DNA of 64,000 nt, from NCBI GenBank assembly GCA_963708305.1, contig CAVPSH010000003.1, positions 561,812-625,811 of the forward strand, given 5' to 3'. Positions 29,621 to 45,679 of the stretch are shown here, piece by piece. The notes under the pieces are model-generated. The model saw only the letters and a program-made list of their open reading frames with translations, was not told the DNA's origin and searched no databases. The position numbers and the translations under genes were made by a program. The first letter of the stretch is position 1. Each line of letters starts with the position of its first letter. This DNA comes from an uncultured bacterium (lineage in GTDB: Bacteria > Verrucomicrobiota > Verrucomicrobiia > Limisphaerales > UBA11358).

Positions 29621-30250
29621 TCAGGAATTTTTCAGCACGATGTGCATGACCACGTTGCCGGCGTCACGGCAGCGGTCAATGGCTTTTTCCATCAGTTCGT
29701 AAAGATCGCGGATGACCATGGCTTTGGTGGCGTCATAGCGTCCGCTGTAAAGGTCCTCCAGCAAATTCAACATCAACCGGTCCGCCTCGCCTTCGAGATA
29801 TTGCAGTTTGGTGTTCAATTCGTGGATGATCTCCAGATGCTTCACGTCGCGAAGCTGTTTGACCATGGCCAGCACCACGTCGGTGGACTGTTCCAGGATT
29901 TGAATCTGGCGGGTGAAATCCACGCCTTGAATGTGCCGGCGGCCGAGGTTGATGCGCTCGGCGAGTTTTTCGACCGTCTTGGGAATTTTGCGCAGCGCCA
30001 GCGCGAGCGCCTCGATGTCCTCGCGTTCCAGGCCGGTCACGAAGGTTTTCACCAGTTCGGCGGTGATTTGTTCCCCGATTTTTTTCTCCTTGCGCCGGGA
30101 GAGCGCGAGGTCATCGAGATTTTTGGCGGGAACGGATGCCTGGAGCATTTCGATGACCAGGCGGACGCTGGCATGGGCTTCCTGCGCCGCGTCTTCCAAC
30201 AGTTGATAAAACCGGTCGGCCTTGCCGAAAAGCAGTTGCAGCGAAAACAT
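29621..30250 (-). CDS. DUF47 / PhoU-like phosphate transport regulator
   Basis: L.KTFVTGLEREDI..L, LEGEAD, KDLYE-like RDLYELMEKAIDRCRD; directly upstream of pit. Confidence 0.88.
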   Translation of the reverse strand: MFSLQLLFGKADRFYQLLEDAAQEAHASVRLVIEMLQASVPAKNLDDLALSRRKEKKIGEQITAELVKTFVTGLEREDIEALALALRKIPKTVEKLAERINLGRRHIQGVDFTRQIQILEQSTDVVLAMVKQLRDVKHLEIIHELNTKLQYLEGEADRLMLNLLEDLYSGRYDATKAMVIRDLYELMEKAIDRCRDAGNVVMHIVLKNS

Positions 30251-30400
30251 GGTGGGAACAGGGTCGTAAAAATGTGTCAAAAGTCCATTCAATTTTATCA
30301 TTAACACTAATCGCCGACGGCACGCCGGGAGCGATGCTTCAGCGTAGGTGGCAAAATTGATTCGCCCCGGAAACTTCGCTGTTGTAAGGTGCGCGCGATT

Positions 30401-31106
30401 ATGGGTGTGGCGGATATCAGGCGGGAATACTCGCAGGGTGGCTTGCGACGCACGGATTTGGAGGCCAATCCGGTGGCGCAGTTTCAAAAATGGTTCGCGC
30501 AGGCGGCGGGCGAATCGTCCGGCGGCCGCTGGCGCAAAATCGGCATCGCCCTGTTCAAACTTTGGCACGCCATCCTCGGCCATACGCCGATTGACGTGAA
30601 CGCGATGACGCTGGCGACGGTGGACAAGGATGGCCGGCCCTCCACCCGTACGGTTCTGCTCAAAGGCGTGGACGAACGCGGCTTTGTTTTTTACACGAAT
30701 CATGAGAGCCGCAAGAGCCGTGAACTGGCGGACAATCCCCACGCGGCGCTGACCTTTTATTGGGCGGACGCGGAACGGCAGGTCGGTGTGGGAGGCATGG
30801 TGAGCAAAATTTCCCGCGAAGAAACAGAAATGTATTTCAAAAACCGGCCGCGCGGCAGCCAACTCGCCGCCTGGGCGTCAAATCAGTTCGACGTGGTTGC
30901 CGACCGTACCGTCCTGGAAAAAAAATGGAACGAAATGGCGGCGCGCTTTTCCGGCGACGTGCCGTTGCCGCCGAACTGGGGCGGTTTCGTTTTGAAACCG
31001 GACTGGATTGAATTCTGGCAGGGCCGGCCCAGCCGGTTGCACGATCGTTTTCGCTACACGCGCGCAGCCCGATGGCGCGTGGAGATTGGAGCGGGTGGCG
31101 CCTTAG
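30401..31106 (+). CDS. pdxH: Pyridoxamine 5'-phosphate oxidase (apparent indel near 31064)
   Basis: DIRREY, NAMTLAT, R.VLLK, FYTN.ESRK, RP.GSQL.AWAS.Q, WGG, EFWQGR.SRLHDR. The corrected end is W.LERVAP*. Confidence 0.93.
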
Positions 31107-31119
31107 CCGTAACCATGCA

Positions 31120-31250
31120 GTAGGACGGGCGTCGCGCCGGTCTCTAACTTTTGAATTTGCTCCTTGAGGCGTTGTTTCCCGGGCTTATTGGCCGTCACCA
31201 ACTGGTGAGGGGAAATTTTTAGATGGAGACAGGCGCGACGCCTGTCCTAC
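31120..31250. repeat. REP-like doublet, family C (GTAGGACAGGCGTCGCGCCTGTC...GACAGGCGCGACGCCTGTCCTAC)
   Basis: Siblings at 40794-40919 and 42143-42220. Confidence 0.88.
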
Positions 31251-31298
31251 ATGTGTTGGTTGTCGGCTGGCATCCATTCTCAACTGAATCGTTCCGGC

Positions 31299-32138
31299 TT
31301 AAAATTTGACGGCCAGGGCACTGACCAGTTTCACATCGTTATTCTTGAATCCCGGCGCGGGCCGGTTGGCGTAATTGTCCTGCACATAGGTTTGCAGGCT
31401 GAGGTGCTTGCTGAGCGGGGTATCCATACCCACTTCGGCATTGACGAGAAAAGCCCGCGGGTCGGTGAACGGCGGCAGAAACTCCACATTTTGCCAGAGG
31501 CGGGCGTGCCCGTCGAATTTGTGTTCAAAGCGCTCGGCCAGGCGCAACGTCGGATAGGTGTGGTATTCGTCGTCCAGCTTTTCGTACAGAATGGCCGGGC
31601 CGACCTCACCCGCCAGCGACGTTTCCTTGTCTTTAATGAAGTAATAACCGGCGCCGGGGCTGAACGTAAACCGGTAGGCCACGTCGGCAATGGCATCGTG
31701 CAAGGCGTCTCCGCGCATATAGCCGTACCAGCGTTCGCTGAACAGGTGATTATATTGCCCAAAACCGTGCAGTGTTTCGTTGTTTTTGGCGGAACTGACC
31801 TCACCGTAGGCTGCATCCACGCCCAGATTCCATTCGTCCAATGGCGTTTTTTTATGGGTCTGGAAATTGCCAGTGGCCAGCGCGCTGTTGACGTTGCCCG
31901 CAGTCGCGGTGAGTCCGAGGGAAACGCTGCTCTCCCAAACTGCCCTGTTGGTGGAAAGAGTGGTGGCCACAACCGCACTGGGAGCGGCCTGGCCGTTGCC
32001 GCTTTCGGCTGCTAAAAACTCCAAGGCGTTGTGGTTGTCTTCCGCCAGGTTATAGGCGGGTGCCGCAGCGGTTTGGCTGGCGCGGCTGCCCACGATCAAA
32101 CCAACCAGAACCGGTACAATCAGAATATGTCTTTTCAT
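31299..32138 (-). CDS. DUF481 outer-membrane beta-barrel protein
   Basis: Signal peptide; W..S..LG.T...GN, GAGYYFIK, amphipathic strands, P.PG.K.ND, terminal Phe. Confidence 0.82.
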   Translation of the reverse strand: MKRHILIVPVLVGLIVGSRASQTAAAPAYNLAEDNHNALEFLAAESGNGQAAPSAVVATTLSTNRAVWESSVSLGLTATAGNVNSALATGNFQTHKKTPLDEWNLGVDAAYGEVSSAKNNETLHGFGQYNHLFSERWYGYMRGDALHDAIADVAYRFTFSPGAGYYFIKDKETSLAGEVGPAILYEKLDDEYHTYPTLRLAERFEHKFDGHARLWQNVEFLPPFTDPRAFLVNAEVGMDTPLSKHLSLQTYVQDNYANRPAPGFKNNDVKLVSALAVKF

Positions 32139-32273
32139 CGTTCTTCTTGCCGACAATTTGAGTCGAACGAGGAACCGATCGGCAGAAGAAATGACTTCCT
32201 GCAACCTCCGAAACCATTCGGACGCAATTGATTGTATCTTAAAACCGGGGACTGGCAAGCAACGTTTTAAAAA

Positions 32274-34907
32274 TTATTTTTCCGGTCCGGTTTCGACCGC
32301 GACGTCTTCCTTGTCTTCACCAATGACCGGGGCAATGGCCTGGAGTTTGTCGCCAGCATCGAGACCGACCAGTTTCACGCCCTGCGTGTTGCGCCCGGCT
32401 TCGCGAATGTCCTTCACGAACGTCCGTACCATCTGGCCCTTGACGGTGATGATCATGATTTCATCCGCGTCGCGCACGGTCAGCGCACCCACCACACTGC
32501 CGGTCTTCTCGGTGGTTTTCATGGTGATGATGCCTTTGCCGCCGCGGGATTGGGCGCGGTATTCCTCGAAGTCCGTCCGCTTGCCGATGCCGTTTTCGCC
32601 GGCGACCAGAAGTTTGGCATCCGCCACAACAATGGCCAGCGCGACAACTTCGTCACCTTTGGACAGGTTGATGCCACGCACGCCGGTGGCGGGCCGGCCC
32701 ATGGGCCGGGCGTCTTCTTCGTTGAACCGGATGCTCATGCCGTCGCGCGTGATGAGCACCACCTCGTTCTGGCCGGTTGTCAGCTTCACGTCAATCAACA
32801 CATCGCCCGGATCAATGCCAATGGCGATGATGCCGCCTTTGCGGACATTGGCGAAATCGGCCAGCGCGGTTTTCTTGACCGTACCCTGTTTGGTGGCAAA
32901 GAACACGAAACCCGATTGTTCCCACGTCACGTCTTCCTTGTTGGCATTGGTTTTAGAGAGGACGCGAATGAGCGCGGCGATGTTTTCGCCGGCCTTCAGT
33001 TCGAGCAGATTGGCAATGCTCCGGCCCTTGGCGGCCCGGCCCATGTCGGGAATTTCATGCACGCGCTCGACATAGACGCGCCCGGTGTTCGTGAAAAACA
33101 TCAGGTAATCGTGCGTGCTGGCGGTGAACAGGTGCTCGATGAAATCCTTGTCCTCGTCGGTCGCGCCTTCCCGGGTCGTCATGCCAATGACGCCCTTGCC
33201 GCCGCGGCGCTGGGCGCGGTAGCTCGAAATGTTCGTGCGCTTGATAAGACCGTTGTGCGTGAGGGTGATGATGACACCTTCGTTGGCGATCAGGTCTTCG
33301 ATGTTGATTTCGCCCTCGTCGGGCACAAGGTCGGTCAGGCGCGGTGTGGCGTACTTTTCCTTGATGACCTTCAACTCGGCTTTGATGATGGCCATGACGC
33401 GGGCTTCCTTGGCCAGGATGTCCAGCAAATCCTTGATGCGGGCGAGCAGCTCCTTGTATTCCGTTTCGACCTTGTCGATTTCCAGGCCGGTCAACTGGTA
33501 AAGGCGCAGTTCCAGAATCGCATCCACCTGCCGTTCGGTCAGCGCGTAGCGGCCCCGGGTCAGGCGCTCCTCGTTGCGAATCAGAATCCCCCAGCGCTCG
33601 ACCTGCTTTTGCGTCCACTCGAACGCCAGCAGCTTGATGCGGGCTTCGTCGCGGTTCTTGCTGCCGCGAATGATGCGGATGAATTCATCCAGATTCGACA
33701 GCGCACAGAGGTAGCCTTCGAGGATTTCTGCGCGTTCCTCGGCCTTCTGCAACTGAAACCGTGTGCGGCGCAAAACGACTTCGCGCCGGTGTTCGATGTA
33801 GCAATTGATGAGCTCCTTCAGCCCGAGGTTCTTGGGCCGGCCGTGATCAATGGCCAGCATGTTCACCGCGAAACTCGATTCCAGCGCCGTCTGCTTGTAC
33901 AGGTTGTTGATAACGACCTTGGCAATGGCGTCGCGCTTGAGCTCGACAACCACGCGTGTGTTCTCGTCCGATTCATCACGGATGGCGGTGATGTCGGCGA
34001 AGCCGGTGACCTTTTCATTGACGAGTTCAGCGACGCGTTCAACGAGCACCGCGCGATTCACATTGTACGGAATTTCCGTGATGATGATTTGTTCGCGGCC
34101 GCCCTTGAGTTGCTCGACGCCGACCTTGCCGCGGACCTTGACGCTGCCATGGCCGGTGGTGAAATATTCCTTGATGACTTCCAGCCCGCACACCATGCAA
34201 CCGGTCGGGAAATCCGGGCCTTTGACGAATTTCATCAGGCCCTTGACCGAGATTTCCGGGTCGTCAATCTGGGCGCAGACGCCGTCAACGATTTCCCCAA
34301 GATTATGCGGCGGAATATTGGTCGCCATGCCGACGGCGATGCCGGTGCCGCCATTGACCAGCAGGTTGGGAAACGCGGCGGGAAAAACGGTCGGCTCGGT
34401 GCGGGTTTCGTCGTAGTTGGGCACGAAATCGACCGTGTCTTGGTCCATGTCCTCCATCAACGCGGCGCCGAGATGGGTCATGCGGGCCTCGGTGTAACGC
34501 ATGGCGGCGGGCGGATCGCCTTCCACGGAACCGAAATTGCCCTGGCCGTCCACGAGCCGTTCGCGCATTGCCCACGGTTGTGCCATGTGGACGAGGGTTG
34601 GATAAATCACCGCCTCGCCATGCGGATGGTAGTTGCCGCTGGTATCGCCGCAAATCTTGGCGCACTTGCGATGCTGGCGGTTCGGAAACAACGAGAGGTC
34701 GTGCATGGCCAGCAGAATGCGGCGTTGCGAAGGTTTGAGGCCGTCGCGCGCATCGGGCAGGGCGCGCGAAATGATCACCGACATCGAGTAATCCAGAAAC
34801 GAGTTCTTGATTTCATCGGCCACGTTAATCTTGGCAATTTTTTCACCCGAGGCGAACAACGGTGTGTTGGTCACCGGCAAATCACTGGATGGTTTGGAGT
34901 CAGCCAT
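32274..34907 (-). CDS. gyrA: DNA gyrase subunit A
   Basis: ALPDARDGLKPSQRR, YHPHG, AAMRYTEAR, GIAVGMATNIPPHN, GyrA-box QRRGGKG. Confidence 0.97.
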   Translation of the reverse strand: MADSKPSSDLPVTNTPLFASGEKIAKINVADEIKNSFLDYSMSVIISRALPDARDGLKPSQRRILLAMHDLSLFPNRQHRKCAKICGDTSGNYHPHGEAVIYPTLVHMAQPWAMRERLVDGQGNFGSVEGDPPAAMRYTEARMTHLGAALMEDMDQDTVDFVPNYDETRTEPTVFPAAFPNLLVNGGTGIAVGMATNIPPHNLGEIVDGVCAQIDDPEISVKGLMKFVKGPDFPTGCMVCGLEVIKEYFTTGHGSVKVRGKVGVEQLKGGREQIIITEIPYNVNRAVLVERVAELVNEKVTGFADITAIRDESDENTRVVVELKRDAIAKVVINNLYKQTALESSFAVNMLAIDHGRPKNLGLKELINCYIEHRREVVLRRTRFQLQKAEERAEILEGYLCALSNLDEFIRIIRGSKNRDEARIKLLAFEWTQKQVERWGILIRNEERLTRGRYALTERQVDAILELRLYQLTGLEIDKVETEYKELLARIKDLLDILAKEARVMAIIKAELKVIKEKYATPRLTDLVPDEGEINIEDLIANEGVIITLTHNGLIKRTNISSYRAQRRGGKGVIGMTTREGATDEDKDFIEHLFTASTHDYLMFFTNTGRVYVERVHEIPDMGRAAKGRSIANLLELKAGENIAALIRVLSKTNANKEDVTWEQSGFVFFATKQGTVKKTALADFANVRKGGIIAIGIDPGDVLIDVKLTTGQNEVVLITRDGMSIRFNEEDARPMGRPATGVRGINLSKGDEVVALAIVVADAKLLVAGENGIGKRTDFEEYRAQSRGGKGIITMKTTEKTGSVVGALTVRDADEIMIITVKGQMVRTFVKDIREAGRNTQGVKLVGLDAGDKLQAIAPVIGEDKEDVAVETGPEK

Positions 34908-34928
34908 AAAAATTTCCCACAAACGAAA

Positions 34929-37646
<2,718 letters not shown>

Positions 37647-37707
37647 TTACGCAAATCGAACATAAGGAATTTGACGGTGGGGGCCGCTTTAGAGATGCTC
37701 CTGGGAC

Positions 37708-38391
37708 ATGCTTGCGCTTCCAAAATGGCTCACCGTTATTGTTTCAATTTGTGGTGGCTGGTGGAGCCTTCTGAGTGGGGTAGGCTCAGCCGCTCTCACG
37801 GTTGCCGCAGTTCTTGCGCAGGGGTCAGATAGAAAAATCTATGCCCTCCTCGCCTTTGCCGCCTTGTGGGTATTTGCGCTCCGGGTTGTTTGGAAAAATT
37901 ATCAAATGCTCCAACAGCAAAAACCCAAATTCAAAATATCCTGCGGCAACGGCATTCCCGGATGCACGGTTGACAGTCCCGGGAATAATACCCGCTATTT
38001 TCGATTATTGGTGAAAACCGATGGTGTCACCACGGTGCACAAATGCCGGGGATACCTTGCTAAAATTGAAAAAGGACGTCTCGTGCTGTTTGATGATGAC
38101 CGGCGGGATTTGCCCTTTGTACCATCGGAGGCGGAAGATTCTTTGGAAAAAACAATTTTCCCCAACACCTCATACCATTTGGACGTTCTCGCTGTCGCCG
38201 GCGGCAAGGTGTACATTTGCGTAAAAGGCGGGATGCCGGCATTGAGCACCGGTGGCAAACCTATTTTTCAGGAATGCGGAGAATACCTGCTGACGGTGGG
38301 TGTTTGTGGAGAGAACGTTTCAACTCAAATTGTGAAATTACAATTTTCGGTTAAGGACAATTGGACGGAAAACACGCTGGAAATGGTCTGA
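37708..38391 (+). CDS. Hypothetical protein with two N-terminal TM segments and a beta-rich soluble domain
   Basis: 227-aa open frame, visibly more AT-rich than its neighbours; no recognised motif. Confidence 0.6.
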   Translation: MLALPKWLTVIVSICGGWWSLLSGVGSAALTVAAVLAQGSDRKIYALLAFAALWVFALRVVWKNYQMLQQQKPKFKISCGNGIPGCTVDSPGNNTRYFRLLVKTDGVTTVHKCRGYLAKIEKGRLVLFDDDRRDLPFVPSEAEDSLEKTIFPNTSYHLDVLAVAGGKVYICVKGGMPALSTGGKPIFQECGEYLLTVGVCGENVSTQIVKLQFSVKDNWTENTLEMV

Positions 38392-38517
38392 TCAGCCGCC
38401 GGGCCAACGGAAGGCGGATTCCTCACCATAGCGGTGGAACAGTCGCGCGTTTTTCGCGTGTTGGAGTGTTGAAACTTACACTTTCCAGTCGCCACCAATC
38501 GTCCTATTTTCCCGCCT

Positions 38518-40797
38518 GTGACTCTTCGCCGCGATCAACTCTTCACGCCGCTGAAACAGTTCTTCGGCTTCAGTTCCTTTCGCCCGTTGCAGGAGGAAAT
38601 CATCCGCGACTCGCTCGCCGGTCGGGACGTTTTCGCCGTGTTGCCGACCGGCGGCGGCAAATCGCTCTGTTTCCAACTGCCCGCGCTCGCTGCGGCCCGG
38701 ACTCACCGTCGTCGTCTCGCCGCTGATCGCGTTGATGAAGGACCAGGTGGACGCGCTCCAGGCGGCGGGCGTGGCCGCGACCTTTCTGAATTCATCGCTG
38801 GCTGCGGGCGAATCGCGTCCGCGCTTGCGCGGATTGCACAACGGGGAGTTTCGATTGCTCTATGTTGCGCCGGAGCGGTTGATGTTGTCCGGCTTTCTCG
38901 AAGATTTGAAAAAGTGGAACGTCAGCCTCTTCGCCATTGATGAAGCGCATTGCATCAGCGAATGGGGCCACGATTTCCGCCCGGAATACCGGCAATTATC
39001 GTCGCTGCGGGAAATTTTCCCGGGCGTGCCGATGATGGCGCTCACGGCCACGGCCACCGAGCGCGTGCGCGGCGACATCGTCCGGCAATTGCACCTGAAA
39101 GATTCCGCGTGTTACATCGCCAGTTTCAACCGCCCGAACCTGACCTATCGCGTCGCCGCCAAATCGGGGGCTTACGAGCAAATCCTTTCCTTCGTTCGCG
39201 CGCGGCCAAAAGAAAGTGGAATCATTTACTGTCCAGGCGCGGAAAACCGCCGACAGCATGGCGGGCAAACTTTCCGCCGATGGCGTCCAGGCGTTGCCGT
39301 ATCACGCGGGCATGACGGCGGGCGAGCCGGACAAAAAATCAGGAGGCGTTTCTCCGGGACGAGGCGCGCGTGATTTGCGCCACCATCGCCTTCGGCATGG
39401 GTATCAACAAACCGAACGTGCGTTTCGTGATTCACTACGACCTGCCCAAGAACATCGAGGGTTATTATCAGGAAACCGGCCGCGCCGGACGCGACGGCCT
39501 GCCGGGCGAATGTCTTTTGTTGTTCAGCCCCGGCGACCGCGTGAAACAGATGCGGTTCATTGACGAAAAACCGAATCCGCAGGAACGCGAAATCGCCCGC
39601 GCCCAACTGGAACAGATGATTCATTATGCCGAAATCGCCACCTGCCGCCGTGAGTTTCTGCTCGGATATTTCGGGGAGAAATTTACAATCGACGATGCCG
39701 GACAAGGTAGGGCGCGCCACTCCGTGCGCGCCGACCTTACGACGTTGGACAACGGCGCGCACGGAGTGGCGCGCCCTACCGAGCTCGTGAACTGCGGCGG
39801 CTGCGACAATTGCCTGGCCCCGCGCGCGACCTGGGATGGCACGCTGGCCGCGCAGAAATTTCTCTCATGCGTTTATCGCATCCGCGAGAAAAGCGGATTT
39901 GGCGTCGGCATCCAGCACGTGGTCGAGGTACTCTGCGGCGCGGAGACGGAGAAAGTCCGCAAGTTCGGTCATCACACGCTTTCGACCTACAACATCGGCG
40001 AAGGGCACGCGCGCGCGGAGTGGGCGGCGATCGGCCGCGAGCTGGTGCGGCTTGGCCTGTTGTTCCAAAACCCGGAGAAGTTTAACATCGTCGAACTGAC
40101 GGATGCCGGTCGCGTGGTGCTCAAAGCACGGCAGAAAATCACGCTGACCAAACCGGTGGCGCCGACCGGGCCGGCGAAACATCGCGCCGGGGAAATCGCC
40201 TGCGACGAGGTGTTGTTTGAAAAATTGCGCACGCTGCGCAAACAACTCGCCGACGAACGCGCCGTGCCGCCTTACATCATTTTCTCCGACGTGTCGCTGC
40301 GGCAGATGGCGCGGTTTTATCCGGCGGGCGAAAAGGATTTCTCTCGCATGAGCGGCGTGGGTGAAAGGAAATTGCGCGAATTCGGCGAAATGTTCCTGCG
40401 CGAAATTGCGGCGCATTTACAAACGAACCCGCGCCAGGTTTTTGCCGACGATTTTCCGCAACCGGGGATGCCCTCCGTTCCAATGCCGCGCCGTTCGCGG
40501 CTGACGGATACCGTGCGCGAGACCTTGCACTTTTTCCGGCAGGGCAAGACCGTTCCCGAGATTGCAGAGATTCGCAGTGTCAAAGCGGACACGATTTACA
40601 GCCATCTGGAAGAAGCCATGCTCGCGGGTGAGGCCATTGACGTGAGTTCCCTGATCCCGGCCGAAGCCCAACGCGACATCGCCGCGGCCTTCGCCAAACG
40701 CGGTTTCGTCAGCCTCGGCGTCGTGGTTGAATCGCTCGGCGGCAAATATGGCTACGGCGAATGCCGCGTTGTCCGCGCCGCGTTGCAAAGAGCGTAG
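38518..40797 (+). CDS. recQ: ATP-dependent DNA helicase RecQ (apparent single-base insertions near 38689, 39232 and 39327)
   Basis: [68 protein letters not shown]...CG.CDNC, RQC, HRDC (VPPYIIFSD), C-terminal HTH. Confidence 0.93.
39706..39780. repeat. REP-like doublet, family A, in frame inside recQ
   Basis: ggtagggcgcgccactccgtgcgcgccg...cggcgcgcacggagtggcgcgccctacc, 75 bp. Confidence 0.93.
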
Positions 40798-40919
40798 GAC
40801 AGGCGTCGTGCCTGTCTCCATCTTTGATCTGTTCCTCATCGCCCTTGGGTCACGCATTCGAGACGAACCATCAAAATGAGATATTTTGGAGTCAGAGACA
40901 GGCGCGACGCCTGTCCTAC
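40794..40919. repeat. REP-like doublet, family C, overlapping the recQ stop
   Basis: gtaggacaggcgtcgtgcctgtctc...gagacaggcgcgacgcctgtcctac. Confidence 0.9.
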
Positions 40920-40960
40920 TTTGACTCGCTTTTTCGGCAAGCCGACTATAACTTCCCCGG

Positions 40961-43913
<2,953 letters not shown>

Positions 43914-43915
43914 TA

Positions 43916-44212
43916 ATGGATACAGCCAAACCATGGGCTGAAAAAATCACCGAGGTAAAATCACTTGGTGGTGGCGGGCAAGGTGACACTTGGTTGGTCC
44001 GCTCAAAGGCAGACGGAGCGAGGCAAGCTGTTCTAAAATTGCTAAAGGCTTATAAGGTGAGAGACCCAAAGGCTAGGCGACGAATGTATCAGGAAGTCGC
44101 TAATCTTAAAATTCTGCGAAGCGCGGGCGGAAAAGTTCCAGAGGTGTTGGATGGTGATACCGAGGTATTAGTCGGCGTTTCAGCGGTATTACTTTTCTTA
44201 TTCGCGGGTTGA
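43916..44212 (+). pseudogene. Truncated Ser/Thr kinase-like gene (N-lobe only)
   Basis: LGGGGQGDTWLV (Gly loop), AVLK (catalytic Lys), RMYQEV..L (helix C Glu), VPEVLD. The frame then ends with no HRD/DFG motifs. Confidence 0.65.
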
Positions 44213-44342
44213 AATGCTTTGCGTCGAATTGAATCCATGTTTATCGGTGTTCATCCGTGGTTGAATTTATGCCGAAGCGCGCCGCCTGTATGAAATAGCC
44301 TTGGACGAGTGTTGCACGCTTCCAATTCCAGACTTTGGTTTC

Positions 44343-45395
44343 TCAGCCAACACGAACACGCCTTGGGTCGGCGTTGCCGGTTTGTGGACATCGCCTTTTC
44401 GCGGTGCCAGTTGCGCGACTTGAAAAACATCGCGAGCGCAGATCGGCGGTTTTGCCTTGAAGAATCGCGTCGTGAGCGGCTTTAAGTTCGGCGTCGGTTG
44501 CAGCGTCAGCGAAAAAGCGAAATGAGGATGCAGCGAGATAGTCAAGGCGTTCGTCAAAGGCAAGCCATTTGCGACCTTCACGCTCGGCCACGAAACCGGT
44601 CGTGTTTGAGCCTGCAAAGATGTCCAGCACAAGGTCGCCCGGTTCAGTGAGAAATCGGATGAAAAATTCCGGCAGCTTCGCCGGGAAGCGGGCGGGATGA
44701 CCTTTCACTCCAACAGTTTTGCAACCGCGCAAATAGCTGCCGTTGGATTCAGAATTTGAGATTTGCAAAAGATTCGGGGGGATTGCTCCGCCATTGTCTT
44801 TGCCGAAAGCTTTGCCGATGTCGTGACCGGATGGACGTTTCTTCGGTGTGTAAAAACCTTCCGGGTCTTCAAGCAGTTTTTTCATCCGGTCGCTGTATTC
44901 AGCGAGCACTTTGGTGACATTGGCTTTGGGCCAGCGGGTTTTTCCAAACCACCAGACGGTATTGACCGCATCCTTCGCCCGGAGTTTGCGTTTGTTCACC
45001 CATTCAATCGGGCTGGGCAACTTGGACGGGTTGAACCAGTAAAAATCCTCGGCGAGATAAAAGCCGAGTTCGTCACAGAAATGAATCGGAACGCGGAAGT
45101 TGTAGAGGCTGCGAGTGGGTGAACCCAATTCGTAAGCACCGCCAAAGTCGAGAACGAAGCTGCCGTCATCCTTGAGCTTGCGATGCACTAGCCGGGCAAA
45201 CTGCGCGAGCCAGGCCACATATTCGGATTGGGCTTTATTTCCGTATTCCTTTTCGCGCTGAAGTGCAAAGGGTGGACTGGTGAGAACGAGGTTGACGCTG
45301 GCATCTGGCAGCGACGCGAGCAGGTCGAGCGAGTCGCCACAATACGCCGCTCCCCAGTTTGTGAGATAGGCAGGCGCATGATTTTCCAGCAACAT
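44343..45395 (-). CDS. Site-specific DNA methyltransferase, beta class (N4-cytosine), M.PvuII-like
   Basis: TSPPFAL.R.KEYGN, WFNPSKLPSPIEWVNKRK.R.KD, HPARFPAKLPEFFIR.LT, LVLDIFAGSNTTG. The C-terminus may extend to 44267 if there is an indel near 44435. Confidence 0.92.
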   Translation of the reverse strand: MLLENHAPAYLTNWGAAYCGDSLDLLASLPDASVNLVLTSPPFALQREKEYGNKAQSEYVAWLAQFARLVHRKLKDDGSFVLDFGGAYELGSPTRSLYNFRVPIHFCDELGFYLAEDFYWFNPSKLPSPIEWVNKRKLRAKDAVNTVWWFGKTRWPKANVTKVLAEYSDRMKKLLEDPEGFYTPKKRPSGHDIGKAFGKDNGGAIPPNLLQISNSESNGSYLRGCKTVGVKGHPARFPAKLPEFFIRFLTEPGDLVLDIFAGSNTTGFVAEREGRKWLAFDERLDYLAASSFRFFADAATDAELKAAHDAILQGKTADLRSRCFSSRATGTAKRRCPQTGNADPRRVRVG

Positions 45396-45401
45396 AAAAG
45401 C

Positions 45402-45427
45402 TACTTTAAGTCTGTAGATATAAAGGC
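45402..45427 (+). promoter_or_regulatory. C-box operator pair
   Basis: TACT-TTA-AGTC-TGTA-GATA-TAA-AGGC fits the C.PvuII-family consensus GACTnnnAGTC-TGTA-GACTnnnAGTC. A -10-like GATAAT lies at 45437-45442, just before the C gene ATG. Confidence 0.8.
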
Positions 45428-45451
45428 GTCAATTTCGATAATCTGCCGCAG

Positions 45452-45679
45452 ATGAAAATCAAGCCATCCGCTCGCAGAATTTTCGCTGAAAATTTGCGCA
45501 AGACAAGACTGGCGAAAGATCTTTCTCAAGAAGATTTGGCGGAGTTGGCAAATCTGCATCGCACTTATGTTGGTTCGGTCGAGCGGGCTGAACGGAATGT
45601 TTCCATAGACAACATGGAGCGGCTGGCTGCTGCTGTGGGCGTTTCGCTCCCAAAATTATTGCTGGAGGACAAGCATTGA
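45452..45679 (+). CDS. R-M controller protein (C.PvuII-like XRE HTH)
   Basis: FAENLR..R...[34 protein letters not shown]; overlaps the endonuclease start by 4 bp. Confidence 0.93.
   Translation: MKIKPSARRIFAENLRKTRLAKDLSQEDLAELANLHRTYVGSVERAERNVSIDNMERLAAAVGVSLPKLLLEDKH

Noticed and set aside
29621-30862. 413-aa DUF47 ORF with a long N-terminal extension
   Set aside because: The extension is antisense to pdxH; the DUF47 domain starts at the ATG at 30250.
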